Assembly: GCA_963666055.2 (NCBI GenBank)
Contig: CAXWPH010000011.1
Coordinates: 192,001 to 256,000 of the forward strand
DNA length: 64,000 nucleotides
Direction: 5' to 3'
Source: Acidobacteriota bacterium
Lineage (GTDB): Bacteria; Acidobacteriota; UBA890; WLXD01
Within the stretch, counting starts at the first letter, position 1. Every line of letters begins with the position of its first letter. The position numbers and the translations under genes were made by a program. Under the pieces are notes generated by a model. It was not told the origin of the DNA, made no database searches, and saw only the letters and a program-made list of their open reading frames with translations. Below, piece by piece: positions 33,747-44,306 of this stretch.

Positions 33747-36140
33747 ATGATCGACCGTTTTCTCGCCGCCGCCGCTCGCACCGTAGCACCGATGATCCGG
33801 CATCCCGTGCTCGTCGCCCTGCCATTCGGGGCTGTAATTAGCGGCCTCGCAGCGGGCTTCATGATCGCCTACGTCCCGGATGCGGCGATCGTTGACGCAC
33901 TGCGGATCTACGAGCCAAGCCTGGTGACGCGGATCTACGATCGCGACGGGGTGCAGTACGCCGAATGGCTACAACAACGACGTGAGGTGGTGAACTTCGA
34001 CGAAATCGCCCCGGTCATGGTGCAAGCGGTAATCGCGGCCGAGGATGCGCGGTTCTTTGACCACGTCGGTATTGACCCCCAGGCCGTCCTACGTTCGCTA
34101 CTTGCCGACCTGCGCTGTGGCTACTTCTGTGAGGGGTTCAGCACCATCACGATGCAGGTGCCGCGGAACCTCGATCGCTACCTGGGCGGCGACAACTGGC
34201 TGCCACGGGACAAGACGCTGGAGCGCAAGATCCGCGAGGCGATCTATGCGATCCAGATCGAGCGCCACTACACGAAGGAGCAGATTTTCAGCATCTACGC
34301 GAACCAGATCTTCATGGGCAGCAGTGCCTACGGCTTCCAGGCGGCGTCGAAATTCTACTTCGGTAAGCCGATCTCGGATGTCACGCTGCCCGAAGCAGCG
34401 CTGCTCGCCGGGATGATCCAGCGACCTTCGAGTTATCGGCCAGACCTGCATCCGGACAACGCCATCGCCAAGCGAAACATCGTGCTGGACCGGATGCTCG
34501 ACGAGGGCTTCATCAGCGCAGAGGAAAACGCCGAGGCGAAGGCAGCACTTCTACTCGTGGCTGAGGATACCCGCAACAACAAGCTCGGCGACTATTTCAC
34601 CGAGGATATTCGCAAGACGCTGATCCAGACCTACGGCATGGAGGGCATCTATCGCTCCGGCCTTCGAGTGCAGACGACGCTCGACCGACAGCTCCAGCGC
34701 GCCGCCGAGGTCGCACTCGACCGTGGGATTCGCGAGGTCGACAGACGCTCTGGCTGGCGCAGCGACCAACGGAACCTGCACGACGAGGGTATCGACCTCG
34801 CCGTCTACGAAGACCCCCGCTGGCAAAGGACGATGCAGCCGGGCGATTTCGTGCCCGCCGTCGTCACGCAAGTGAGGCCACAGGCGGCCAGGGCGCGGAT
34901 CGGCGACATGATCGTCGAGATCAACCCCGACGACGCGGAGTGGACCGGGCGCACCACCATGGGTCGGCTGGTGCGCGCTGGAGATCTGATCGAAGTTCTC
35001 TTGGAGTCTCGGGTCGAGGGCGGAACCTGGGAGGTCGAGCTCGACCAGACACCGAAGTTGCAGGGTGCTGTGCTGGTGGTGGAGAACGACAGCGGCGAAG
35101 TCCGCGCCATGATCGGGGGACGCGTCTTCGACGATTCGGAGTTCAATCGCGCCACCCAGGCGGTCCGCCAGACAGGGTCGATCTTCAAGCCCTTCGTCTA
35201 CTCCACGGCGGTGACGATGGGCCTCACTCCGTCCTACCTGTTCGTCGATCAGCAAACGACGTTCCGCGATCCCACCACGCGCCAGCCGTACTCGCCGGCA
35301 AATTTCAACAACGAGTACATCGGCGTTACCTCCATGGCCGAAGCGATCTCCAAGTCGCGCAACGTGCCAACGATCATGCTTCAACAGAAGATCGGGGTGG
35401 AGAACGTCATCGACATGGCTCGCAAGTTCGGCCTCACTGCCCCGTTCGGCCCCTATCTATCGCTCGCACTGGGCGTCATGGATATCTCGGTCTGGGAGAT
35501 CGTGCGCGCCTACACGGTGTTCCCCAACATGGGCGTTCTGGTCGAGCCTCACTTGGTTCGGGCGGTTTACGACCGGCGGGGCAAGCTGCTCGAAAAAACC
35601 CAGCAGTCAGCGCGCTCGGTGATGAACGCCGACGAGGCCTATGTGATGGCGCGCATGCTGGTCGCCGGTATCCAACGTGGTACGGGCGTGCGAGCCCGGG
35701 CGCTGGAGCAAGAGCTGCAGCAAATGCTGGGCGGAAAATCCGGCACAACCGACGATCGGACCGACGTCTGGTACGTCGGCTTCTCCCCCAATCACACCGT
35801 AGGCGTATGGCTCGGCCACGACAAGAAGGAGCGGATTCACCGCCGCGCCACTGGCTCGAACTCGGCCCTGCCAATTTGGATCGAGATCATGCGTGTGGCC
35901 GAGACCGGCAACCCGCCGGCGGTGCTGCCGCGGCCGGGCAACATCGAACTGCGCACAGTCGATCCGTTCACCGGCCTTCTCTACAGCGCGTATTGCAAGG
36001 AGGCGCTCGAGCTGGCGTTCATCGCCGGCACAGCGCCGACTCGCGCGTGCGGGCCAGCCGAACGCGCCATCCTCAACCTCGAGGCGTATCAGCAGGCCTA
36101 CTTCGTCAAAGATGGACGCCTCGACACTACCGGGTACTGA
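33747..36140 (+). CDS. Class A penicillin-binding protein (PBP1A family)
   Basis: EDARFFDH.GID, G.STITMQ, RKIREA transglycosylase motifs; SIFK, SRN, KSGT transpeptidase motifs; start approximate. Confidence 0.94.
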   Translation: MIDRFLAAAARTVAPMIRHPVLVALPFGAVISGLAAGFMIAYVPDAAIVDALRIYEPSLVTRIYDRDGVQYAEWLQQRREVVNFDEIAPVMVQAVIAAEDARFFDHVGIDPQAVLRSLLADLRCGYFCEGFSTITMQVPRNLDRYLGGDNWLPRDKTLERKIREAIYAIQIERHYTKEQIFSIYANQIFMGSSAYGFQAASKFYFGKPISDVTLPEAALLAGMIQRPSSYRPDLHPDNAIAKRNIVLDRMLDEGFISAEENAEAKAALLLVAEDTRNNKLGDYFTEDIRKTLIQTYGMEGIYRSGLRVQTTLDRQLQRAAEVALDRGIREVDRRSGWRSDQRNLHDEGIDLAVYEDPRWQRTMQPGDFVPAVVTQVRPQAARARIGDMIVEINPDDAEWTGRTTMGRLVRAGDLIEVLLESRVEGGTWEVELDQTPKLQGAVLVVENDSGEVRAMIGGRVFDDSEFNRATQAVRQTGSIFKPFVYSTAVTMGLTPSYLFVDQQTTFRDPTTRQPYSPANFNNEYIGVTSMAEAISKSRNVPTIMLQQKIGVENVIDMARKFGLTAPFGPYLSLALGVMDISVWEIVRAYTVFPNMGVLVEPHLVRAVYDRRGKLLEKTQQSARSVMNADEAYVMARMLVAGIQRGTGVRARALEQELQQMLGGKSGTTDDRTDVWYVGFSPNHTVGVWLGHDKKERIHRRATGSNSALPIWIEIMRVAETGNPPAVLPRPGNIELRTVDPFTGLLYSAYCKEALELAFIAGTAPTRACGPAERAILNLEAYQQAYFVKDGRLDTTGY

Positions 36141-36156
36141 GTGACCAGGGCGTCTC

Positions 36157-37270
36157 CTACGAGTCGGTACCGCTGCCCGCCCCGGCGCGCCATTTCAGAA
36201 AGCCGTCCATGAACGGCTGTAGGTCGCCATCGAGAACAGCATCCACATTGCCCTTCTCGACGTCGGTGCGGTGGTCCTTGGCCATTTGATAGGGGTGCAA
36301 CACGTAGGAGCGGATCTGCGACCCGAAGCCGATCTCCATCTTCTCGCCCTGTTTCTCGGCGATCTCCACCTCGCGTAACTGACGCTCGCGCTCGTACAAG
36401 CGCGCCCGCAAGACCTTCAGCGCCATCGCCTTGTTGCGGTGCTGCGAGCGCTCCGCCTGGCTCTGGGCGACGATTCCCGTCGGCAGATGGGTAACGCGAA
36501 CCGCCGAGTCGGTCACGTTGACATGCTGCCCGCCCGCTCCACTGGCGCGATAGGTATCGACGCGAACGTCTTTGTCGTCGAGCTCGATCTCGATGTCATC
36601 GTCGATCTCGGGGGCAACCGCAACCGAGGCGAACGAAGTGTGCCGCCGGCTCGCAGCATCGTACGGCGATATCCGCACGAGACGGTGCACGCCAGTTTCT
36701 CCTTTGAGGTATCCGAACGCGTACGGCCCCTCGATGCGTAGCGTTGCGCTCTTCAGACCGGCTTCCTCACCGGGCTGCTCATCGATCATCTCGACCTTGT
36801 AGCCCCCTGCCTCCGCCCAACGCTCCAGCATGCGCAGCAGCATGGCGGCCCAATCTTGTGACTCGGTTCCCCCGGCCCCCGGGTGGATATCGATCAGCGC
36901 CGGACGCACGTCGTCCGGATCGCCCAAGAGCAACTGCACCTCGTAAGCGTCGAGGCGCTTGCGCAGCTCGACGAGGGCCACCTCGGCCTCGCCTACGGCC
37001 TCCTCCTCGCCCTCGTCGGCAAGCTCGAGAAACGCTTCGGCCTCATCGACTTTCTCGCTCAGAGCAGCATCGAGTTCAATGCGTGCCTGCAGCTCACTGC
37101 GCTCACGCACCAGGTTCTGGTCGCCGCCGTCATCCCAGAACGCCGGTGCGACCATCAGCTTCTCGATCTCGCTCAGTCGATCTCGAGTCCCAGCAGGGTC
37201 AAAGATGACCTCCAAGCGCCTGGTATCGCGAGCGCAACTCATCGAGAGCGCGACGGGGTTCTTCGATCAT
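36157..37270 (-). CDS. prfB: Peptide chain release factor 2 with programmed +1 frameshift
   Basis: MIEEPRR...GGHL then CTT-TGA-C (37204-37198) preceded by an internal SD GGAGGT; GAGGTESQDW, RISPYD, GAGGQHVN. Confidence 0.97.
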
Positions 37271-37337
37271 GCTCGTGTCCCTTGGGAAGCCGATCCGCAT
37301 CAGCGAATGTATCGTGAATCCCACCGCTGCGTGGCCA

Positions 37338-38858
37338 TCAGGCTGCGGGCCGATACAACCATCCGAGGCGCGGCCAAATGGCGCCCGCCACGCACGCTGC
37401 CGCCAGCAGGGTACAGGCGAGCGCAAACGCGTCGCCGATACGTACGTACAGAGTCAAATCGTGACGAGCCCGCACTTCGCCCACGATGACAGCCTCCGTT
37501 TCCATCTCGGTGCGCTTCAAGGCGCGACCCCAGGGGTCGACGATACCGCTGATACCGGTGTTGGCCGCGCGTAGCAGCCAGCGCCGGTTCTCGATGGCGC
37601 GTAGACGCGCCATGTCGAAATGCTGATAGGGGCCGCTGGTGGTGCCGTACCACGCGTCGTTGGTAATGGTTATCAGGAACTGCGCACCGGCGCGCACTTG
37701 CCCACTCACCAGGCTCGGAAAGATGATCTCGTAGCAAATCGCCAGGCCGAAGGGCGGCACCCCGGCAGTCGGCGCCGACAGGAGCGGCTGCGACGAATCG
37801 CCCGCCCGCATCGCGCCTACCGACTGCACGAGTGGCCCCAGGAACCGTAGGTACCGTTGTAGAGGCAGGTACTCGCCGAACGGAACAAGGTGCGATTTCT
37901 CGTACCGCCCGGCCCAGTCGCCATTGGCGTCCACCACTACGGCGGCGTTGGCGACCGTGTACCCGAGCTCGCTGTCCTCGACGTGTACGGTGCCAACGAC
38001 TAGCGCGGCCCGGGTGCGTCGCGCCATGGCTGTTAGTAGCCTCGATGCCTGCGCGTCGCGCTCGACACCGTAGGGATCGGGCCAGCTGCTCTCAGGCCAC
38101 ACCAGCAACCGGGCGCCGCTCTGTGCGCCGCGCTCAGACAGCAGCAAATGGCGCTTCAGCGTGCGCTCCCTGAGGCCGGGATCCCACTTGTTGTCCTGTG
38201 CCACGTTGCCCTGTACCAGCGCCACAGGCACGGTCGTGCCGACGTCCGTCGCCGGTCCGGTGGACAGTCGTCCATACCCATAGAGGATGCTAGCCGCCAG
38301 CATGACGACCGCCGGCATCGCCGTCGCGCGCCAGCCAGGCCTGCCGCGGGCGGCCGCCGCAAAGGCGCCGTTCCCCAGCATCACGAGGAAAGACAGCCCG
38401 TATACGCCGGCGAGATCAGCGACCTGGGCCACCGGCAGGTAGGCAGCCCCGGCATACCCCAGTAGCGCCCAAGGGAACCCGCTCAGGAAAACCGATTGCA
38501 CGTACTCCAGACCGGTCCACGTCGCCGCCAGCAGCAGCACCGCCTCGGGCCGCTCGACCCCGGCGCGGTTCACCACTAGTGCGAACAGGCCCCAATAGGC
38601 GGCCAGATAGGCAACCAACAAAGCGACACCCAGGGCAGCAATCGGCAGGGACAAGCCGCCGAAGCGCGTCATCGCATGGATCACCCAATACAACGTCGCG
38701 GCGCGAAACGCCGACCCGAAGAGGAACCCGTACCACCAGGCGCGCACCGGGGAGGTATCGGTCACCGCCATGAGCAGCGGCGCAACCGCCACCCAGGCGA
38801 GCGGATACCATCCGACCTTGGGGAAAGCCGCGGCCAGAGCGAGGCCGCTGACAAGCAC
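37338..38858 (-). CDS. lnt: Apolipoprotein N-acyltransferase
   Basis: GFPWALLGY, QGNV, WPES, YEK.HLVPFGEY, ICYE, TNDAWYG, RAANTGIS; start approximate. Confidence 0.94.
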   Translation of the reverse strand: MLVSGLALAAAFPKVGWYPLAWVAVAPLLMAVTDTSPVRAWWYGFLFGSAFRAATLYWVIHAMTRFGGLSLPIAALGVALLVAYLAAYWGLFALVVNRAGVERPEAVLLLAATWTGLEYVQSVFLSGFPWALLGYAGAAYLPVAQVADLAGVYGLSFLVMLGNGAFAAAARGRPGWRATAMPAVVMLAASILYGYGRLSTGPATDVGTTVPVALVQGNVAQDNKWDPGLRERTLKRHLLLSERGAQSGARLLVWPESSWPDPYGVERDAQASRLLTAMARRTRAALVVGTVHVEDSELGYTVANAAVVVDANGDWAGRYEKSHLVPFGEYLPLQRYLRFLGPLVQSVGAMRAGDSSQPLLSAPTAGVPPFGLAICYEIIFPSLVSGQVRAGAQFLITITNDAWYGTTSGPYQHFDMARLRAIENRRWLLRAANTGISGIVDPWGRALKRTEMETEAVIVGEVRARHDLTLYVRIGDAFALACTLLAAACVAGAIWPRLGWLYRPAA

Positions 38859-38884
38859 CGCCCAACTGGAGCGCGACAGGCCCT

Positions 38885-39487
38885 CTAGCCCTGGGTGATC
38901 CAGGTATCGACGATGTCGCGACGGCCGCTGAGCGCAACCGCGACACGCTCGGCAGCCGACTCCTCGCGATAGCGCCCGACGCGCACGCGGAACATTGTCG
39001 TCCCGGCAACATCGCCGGACACGACAAACGCCGGAAAGCCCGCCGATGCGAGGCTTGCCTGGAGCGTGTCCGCCTCTTCGCGATCGCTCGTCGCCTTAAC
39101 CTGCACGACATAGCCGCTGGCGATCGAAGGGTCCGCCTCCGGCAGATCGTTTGTAGCGACCGACGTCGACGCGGCGGCCGGCCGAGATGTAGCGATCGGC
39201 TCCGCCGCCTCTGTGCCGAGGTTGGCGCTCGTCCCCTCCGCCGGCTCTTCCATGCGTCCGAGGAAATCCGTATCAGCAGGAGCGACCGCCGCTACAAGGC
39301 CAGCGTCGTCGCCGAGCGCCTCGACCAAGCCACCTTCCAGCAACGGCTGCGGTCCCTGACCGCGCCCTACCATGACCCCGAGCATGAACACGGCAACGCC
39401 CAGGCCGACCGCCACCAGAAAGGCCACGATCAGGCTGCTGTTGCTGAGTTGGATCTCGTAGAAACTCTGCTTGCCCGATCCGTTCAT
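38885..39487 (-). CDS. SPOR-domain membrane protein (FtsN/DedD-like)
   Basis: N-terminal TM (VFMLGVMVG), low-complexity linker, YVVQV.A...FRVRVG. Confidence 0.85.
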   Translation of the reverse strand: MNGSGKQSFYEIQLSNSSLIVAFLVAVGLGVAVFMLGVMVGRGQGPQPLLEGGLVEALGDDAGLVAAVAPADTDFLGRMEEPAEGTSANLGTEAAEPIATSRPAAASTSVATNDLPEADPSIASGYVVQVKATSDREEADTLQASLASAGFPAFVVSGDVAGTTMFRVRVGRYREESAAERVAVALSGRRDIVDTWITQG

Positions 39488-39617
39488 CTTCCCACCCCGC
39501 ACGCAGGACCCACGCCGTGATAGCGGCGCGCTAGCGTGGCCAATATTCAGCAAAGTCTATCGCATCGAGAAACGATTCTCTGCCCGGGCGGGACGTCGCT
39601 ACCCGCGCCCGAACTAC

Positions 39618-40412
39618 TCAGTCGTCTGCGTCGTCACTGCGCGCCGCTGTGGCCCCACCGCTACCGGCACCCAGTCCGCGTATCATCATGTCCATGGGAA
39701 GCGGGAATACGATGGTCGAACTGCGATCGGAGGCCACCTCGGTCAACGTCTGGAAGTAACGCAGCTGAACGGCAACAGGCTCCTGCGCCAGAACCGTCGC
39801 CGCCGCAAACAAACGTTCCGACGCCTGCGCCTCCCCTTCCGCATGGATGATCTTGGCTCGCTTCTCGCGCTCCGCTTCGGCTTGGCGCGCGATGGCGCGG
39901 ATCATCTCCTGCGGCAGGTCGACGTGTTTCACCTCCACCATCGACACCTTGATGCCCCACGGGTCGGTATGGTCGTCGAGGATCGACTGCAACTGTGAGT
40001 TGAGGTTATGACGCTCCGATAGCAGTGCGTCGAGTTCGACCTGGCCGATCACCGAGCGCAACGTCGTCTGCGCCAGCTGCGAGGTAGCGTACATATAGTT
40101 CTCGACTTCGACCACAGCGCGCGTCGAATCCATGACGCGGAAATACACCACCGCGTTTACCTTCACCGAGACGTTGTCGCGCGTGATCACGTCCTGCGGG
40201 GGCACGTCGAGAACGATCGTGCGCAGCGACACTCGCTCCATCTTGTCGATCGGCCAGAAGACGAAGATGATGCCCGGCCCCTTGGTATCCGGCAGGAGCC
40301 TGCCGAGCCGAAAGATAACCGCGCGCTCGTACTCCTTGAGAATGTTCACCGAGCTGAGCAGGTAAAAAGCGAGCAGGATGAACAAGAACGTTACGGGCGA
40401 AAGCAATCCCAT
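39618..40412 (-). CDS. SPFH/stomatin-like (slipin) protein
   Basis: [45 protein letters not shown]. Confidence 0.95.
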   Translation of the reverse strand: MGLLSPVTFLFILLAFYLLSSVNILKEYERAVIFRLGRLLPDTKGPGIIFVFWPIDKMERVSLRTIVLDVPPQDVITRDNVSVKVNAVVYFRVMDSTRAVVEVENYMYATSQLAQTTLRSVIGQVELDALLSERHNLNSQLQSILDDHTDPWGIKVSMVEVKHVDLPQEMIRAIARQAEAEREKRAKIIHAEGEAQASERLFAAATVLAQEPVAVQLRYFQTLTEVASDRSSTIVFPLPMDMMIRGLGAGSGGATAARSDDADD

Positions 40413-40419
40413 GGGTCAG

Positions 40420-41757
40420 CTACCTTTCGTGTGCGTGGCTGGGGCGCACCCGGATGACCATGCCACTCTCCACCCCGACGACCTCCACTCGGTCGCCGGA
40501 GCGAACTGGCACGTCCGACCGAGCTCGCCATAGCTCTCCGTGAACGAATGCCGAACCCGGCTCTCCGGGTGCGAGGTCCGAAGCCGCGTGTCCGGTCTTG
40601 GTTACGAGGCCCTTCAGGCCAGTCTGGACGCGCGCTCGATGCGAGTGTACGACGAGCCATACGAGCGACCCGGTGATCGCCAGTACGCCGAGCGCCGTCG
40701 GAAGGACGAAGCCCAGTTGCAACCGTAGCTCCGGAATCGGTCCAGGCACCAGCATCAACGAGCCGAGCACGAATGCCACGACTCCCGCTACTGTCAGCAA
40801 GCCGTAGGAGGTCACCTTTACCTCGAGGATAAAGAACAGAAGTGCCAGGCCGATGAGCAACAGGCCGGCAAAGCTGATCGGGAGTATCTGGAACGCTTGT
40901 AGCGCCAACACCAGGCAGATGCCGCCGAGCACGCCCGGCAACACCGCGCCGGGTGTGGAGAACTCGAAATACAACCCTGCCAGCCCGGCCAACATGAGGA
41001 TGAAGGCTACCTGTGGGTCCGCCAGAACGGCAAGGACTCGCTGCCGCAACGACAGCTCCAGCGTCTCGACCTGGGCGCCATCTAGCTGCAACACGATGTC
41101 CGCGCCACCCTTGCTGATCCGCCTGCCGTTTATGGTCGCCAGCAAGGCATCGATATCGTCGACGATGAAGTCAGCCAGCCCCACATCGAGCGCCTCCTGA
41201 GCCGCGAAGGAGCGTCCGTCGGTAACCGCCTCGGCGGCCAGATCGACCGGGCGGCCGAGCTCTTCAGCCAGGCTGCGGATGTAGGCCTCGGCGTCCTGGA
41301 TCATCTTCTTCTGCATCGTCTCGTCGGCGCCGCCCCCTACCAGCACCGGGCTTGCAGCACCCATGTTGGTGCCCGGCGCCATTACCACGACGTCTGCTGC
41401 CATGGCCATGAAGAAGCCGGCCGAGGCGGCGCGCGCTCCCGACGGCCCGACGAACAGACACACCGGCACGGGGCTGGCTCGGAAGGCTTGAATGATGTCC
41501 CGCATCGACCGATCCAGACCACCCGGCGTGTCGATCTGTAGCAGAAATAAATCGGCACCGCGGTCGATTGCCGTATCGAGCGCCTCGACGACGTACTCCG
41601 AAGTAATGGAGTGGATGGTGTCGGCGAGCTCTGCCACCAGGACGAACGGCTGTCTTTCGGGAGCCTGAGCGGCAGCGGGGAGAGCTACACACAGCAGAAC
41701 TGCCGCCGGCACCAGGCAACACGCACCACGACGAGTTCTCACTCCCCTATTGTGCAC
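40420..41757 (-). CDS. NfeD-family membrane-bound serine protease
   Basis: IDTPGG, AASAG, GAASPV, TM region, C-terminal OB fold (VHGELWRA); paired with SPFH gene; true start may be GTG 41742. Confidence 0.93.
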   Translation of the reverse strand: MHNRGVRTRRGACCLVPAAVLLCVALPAAAQAPERQPFVLVAELADTIHSITSEYVVEALDTAIDRGADLFLLQIDTPGGLDRSMRDIIQAFRASPVPVCLFVGPSGARAASAGFFMAMAADVVVMAPGTNMGAASPVLVGGGADETMQKKMIQDAEAYIRSLAEELGRPVDLAAEAVTDGRSFAAQEALDVGLADFIVDDIDALLATINGRRISKGGADIVLQLDGAQVETLELSLRQRVLAVLADPQVAFILMLAGLAGLYFEFSTPGAVLPGVLGGICLVLALQAFQILPISFAGLLLIGLALLFFILEVKVTSYGLLTVAGVVAFVLGSLMLVPGPIPELRLQLGFVLPTALGVLAITGSLVWLVVHSHRARVQTGLKGLVTKTGHAASDLAPGEPGSAFVHGELWRARSDVPVRSGDRVEVVGVESGMVIRVRPSHAHER

Positions 41758-41921
41758 GCTGCCCGCGCAAAGCGCACCGTGGAGAGTCCGCCTCCGCCAG
41801 TGCTTTCACATCTGGTCAAAGAGCGCGGCGCAATCTTCGTGGCGGCTCTGACCACCGTCATTCACCGAGGGCCGGGCTGCGGCCGAGTGCATGTTCACCG
41901 CTCAGGGCTCGATCGATTGAT

Positions 41922-42095
41922 CTAGCAGGCCGTGGTGAAAGTGTGGTGGGTCTGGCGACAGGGTCTTGCGAAGTGGAGGCAAGGAGAGAGGAGGAGGCGA
42001 TGATTACCGCATCGTTGACGAGGAACAACGCAGCATACGCGCGCAACCCCCTGCCGCCCGAAGGGTTACACCACACTTTCACCACGGCCTGCTAG
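41922..42095. mobile_element. MITE-like element, internally deleted copy (174 bp)
   Basis: Same termini and same module as the first part of the 28727 copy; the other hairpin module is missing. Confidence 0.88.
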
Positions 42096-42100
42096 CGCCA

Positions 42101-42454
42101 CTAATCGCCGGTTTTCCGTCCGTAGCGATCTTCGAGCCTGACCACGTCATCGAGATGGGGTGTGGAGACCTCGAAGACATCGCAGGTGGTCAACGCCCGC
42201 ATGCGATGAATGGTCCGCGGTGGGATGTGCTGTACTTGCCCGGGCTCGAGGATCACGGCGCGCAAATCGCCATCAACCCCCTCTCCGATCTCGAGCTCGA
42301 GACGTCCCGACTGGCAGAAGAGCGTCTCCTCCTTGACCTCGTGATACTGGAGGCTGAGCTGCTCGCCCTCGTCGATGTGCAGGATCTTACCTACGTAGCT
42401 GTCTGTCTCGGCCCAGATGATCTCATGGCCCCAGGGCTTGTCGACTTTGCGCAT
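42101..42454 (-). CDS. Cupin protein (mannose-6-P isomerase type II C-terminal-like)
   Basis: KPWGHE, LSLQYHE.KEET, IPP.TIHR, EVSTP.LDDVVRLEDRYGR. Confidence 0.88.
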   Translation of the reverse strand: MRKVDKPWGHEIIWAETDSYVGKILHIDEGEQLSLQYHEVKEETLFCQSGRLELEIGEGVDGDLRAVILEPGQVQHIPPRTIHRMRALTTCDVFEVSTPHLDDVVRLEDRYGRKTGD

Positions 42455-42550
42455 TCCTTCGCCCCGCCGTGGCCGGATCCCGTCGTCAGGCGAATCCGAC
42501 GCTTGCGGCGGCCCAGCGGTCGCCGCGCCCGGCTTTGGTTAATCGTAGGT

Positions 42551-42571
42551 ACCGTCGGGGAAGTGTGCCAT
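42551..42571. repeat. 21-bp direct repeat of the ptsI 3' end (att-like, distal copy)
   Basis: ACCGTCGGGGAAGTGTGCCAT is identical to 44328-44348; on the minus strand it reads MAHFPDG-TYD-stop. Confidence 0.85.
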
Positions 42572-42809
42572 CCAAGACCTGAGTCTGCTGACCGTCTGTG
42601 AACACTCAGCATCTACGCCTCTGGAGTTGCCCAAACACTTGCGGCAGGTCACCTTCCTCAGATGAAACTTGAGCTTCTCACCGATCGATTGTTTCTTCGT
42701 CCCCTTTCGTCTCGATGACCTATAACTGGGGGCGTCTCAGGAGCTTCCCGGCGCGGGTCAGGCAAGTGAGTACTAGACTAATACCTCACTTTTACGGAAA
42801 GGAGCCAAC

Positions 42810-43118
42810 ATGCCGAGGTTCGTCAAAGTAGCCAGAACATCGGAGATCGCCGACCAATCTGCCACGTGCGTCGAAGTCGAAGGCAAGACCATCGCCATTT
42901 TCAACCTTGGTGGCAAGTTCTACGCTATTGATGACACATGCACGCATCATGGCGGGCCACTCAGCGAAGGCTCTGTCGACGGCGAGAAAGTCGAATGCCC
43001 TTGGCACGGCGCCCACTTCAACATCAAGTCCGGGGAGGCCACCGGACCCCCGGCCACTGAAGGTGTCACCAACTACACCGTTCGGCTCATAGGGGACAGC
43101 ATAGAGATCGAGGTGTAA
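42810..43118 (+). CDS. Rieske 2Fe-2S ferredoxin
   Basis: CTHHGGPL and ECPWHGAHF Rieske motifs; AAGGAG RBS. Confidence 0.95.
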   Translation: MPRFVKVARTSEIADQSATCVEVEGKTIAIFNLGGKFYAIDDTCTHHGGPLSEGSVDGEKVECPWHGAHFNIKSGEATGPPATEGVTNYTVRLIGDSIEIEV

Positions 43119-43339
43119 CACTGGACTAAACCCTCGGCGGCCCAACACACGTGAGCCGAGCGTCTCACGGAGTGTGTCGTCACCGTCCGGTGAGCCAGAG
43201 GCTGCTGTCGGGGGCTCACGACCGTCCTCGCGTGCCTCAGCGATAGGCTTCAGGCTGCTCACCTACGCTGCTGGATGCGCCATGGAGCCCGGCACGCGAC
43301 CAGGTCAACACTGGGAAACAGTCCGGGCGAGGAGAAGCC

Positions 43340-43667
43340 ATGTCCGACTACACGTACGAGGAGCTCAAGTCCAAGCCCGTCGCCCTGCTAAGGGAGATCG
43401 CAGCGGAGCTGGAGCATGAGGCGGTGCACGGCTACACCATCATGCACAAGGAGCCATTGCTGCACGCTGTTTGCACCGCGCTCGGTCTCGAGGAGCACGC
43501 GCACCACGACATCGTCGGTATCGACAAGTCTGAGGTCAAACGGCAAATCCGCGAGCTCAAGGTCGAGCGCAACGGCGCCCTGCAGGCCCACGACTCGCGT
43601 GAGCTCAAGCGGATCCGTCGACAGATTCCGCGGCCTCAAGCGCAAGATCAGGAAGGCTACCGTCTGA
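43340..43667 (+). CDS. Hypothetical protein with Rho N-terminal-like domain and basic coiled coil; apparent frameshift near 43627
   Basis: YEELKSKPVALLREIA...HK..L. Removing one base from ATTCCGC gives RRQIRGLKRKIRKATV-stop at 43667. AGGAG RBS. Confidence 0.7.
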
Positions 43668-43721
43668 TCTCGGGACACCCCGAAAGCTCCGACACGGTTG
43701 GTGTTCCGTCTCTCGAGACGA

Positions 43722-43800
43722 GGCGCTGGCGGCATGGGCAAGGTGTAGCTGGCCCGGGACACACGCCTGGACCCCAAGGTGGCGATCAAGGTGCCTGCCG
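43722..43800 (+). pseudogene. Relic of a Hanks-type Ser/Thr protein kinase N-terminus
   Basis: Translates GAGGMGKV*LARDTRLDPKVAIKV, then LP after a one-base shift, versus canonical GAGGMGEVYLARDTRLDR.VAIKVLP. Confidence 0.8.
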
Positions 43801-43814
43801 CCGCACTACCTAGG

Positions 43815-44237
43815 TCAATCCTCTGGAAAGCCCCTCTCATGCCGGGGCAAGCCGTCATCTAGGCGGAGCCATTCGAGCCGGCTCGCCGTCCAGACATGCT
43901 CCCCAGGTATCATCTGTTCCGGCTCGTCCAGGCTACAGACGGTCACCCAGACTCCCCCCGAATCGTCCGGCCGCTGGTACGTCATCTGGGTGCCACAGGC
44001 GCTGCAAAACTGACGGCGGGCTCGTGCTCCGGCATCGTTCCGCGACTCGTAGCATCCCGGTGAGCCGGCTGTGAACTCGAACTCGTCGGTAACGAAGTTG
44101 GCCCACGCCAAGCAGGGAGCACCTGAAGACCGGCGGCAATCGCTGCAGTGGCAGAAGTGCACCCGAGAATCCGCCAGTACCCCGCGATAGCGAATGGCGC
44201 CACAGAAACACCCACCCTCGACGATCACACCCTCCAC
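43815..44237 (-). CDS. GFA/CENP-V family protein
   Basis: GGCFCGAIRY, CHCSDCRRSSG, RQFCSACGT. Confidence 0.92.
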   Translation of the reverse strand: MEGVIVEGGCFCGAIRYRGVLADSRVHFCHCSDCRRSSGAPCLAWANFVTDEFEFTAGSPGCYESRNDAGARARRQFCSACGTQMTYQRPDDSGGVWVTVCSLDEPEQMIPGEHVWTASRLEWLRLDDGLPRHERGFPED

Positions 44238-44306
44238 CGGATCCTCCCGGCCGTCTCATTGCCTGAATCGATTGATCTACCCGCGCCGTTGTCTCTACAG
44301 GACTCG

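Noticed and set aside
42540-42730. Minus-strand frame ...KFHLRKVTCRKCLGNS...MAHFPDGTYD as a small zinc protein or L33
   Set aside because: No convincing start or second CxxC; its tail is the duplicated ptsI end.
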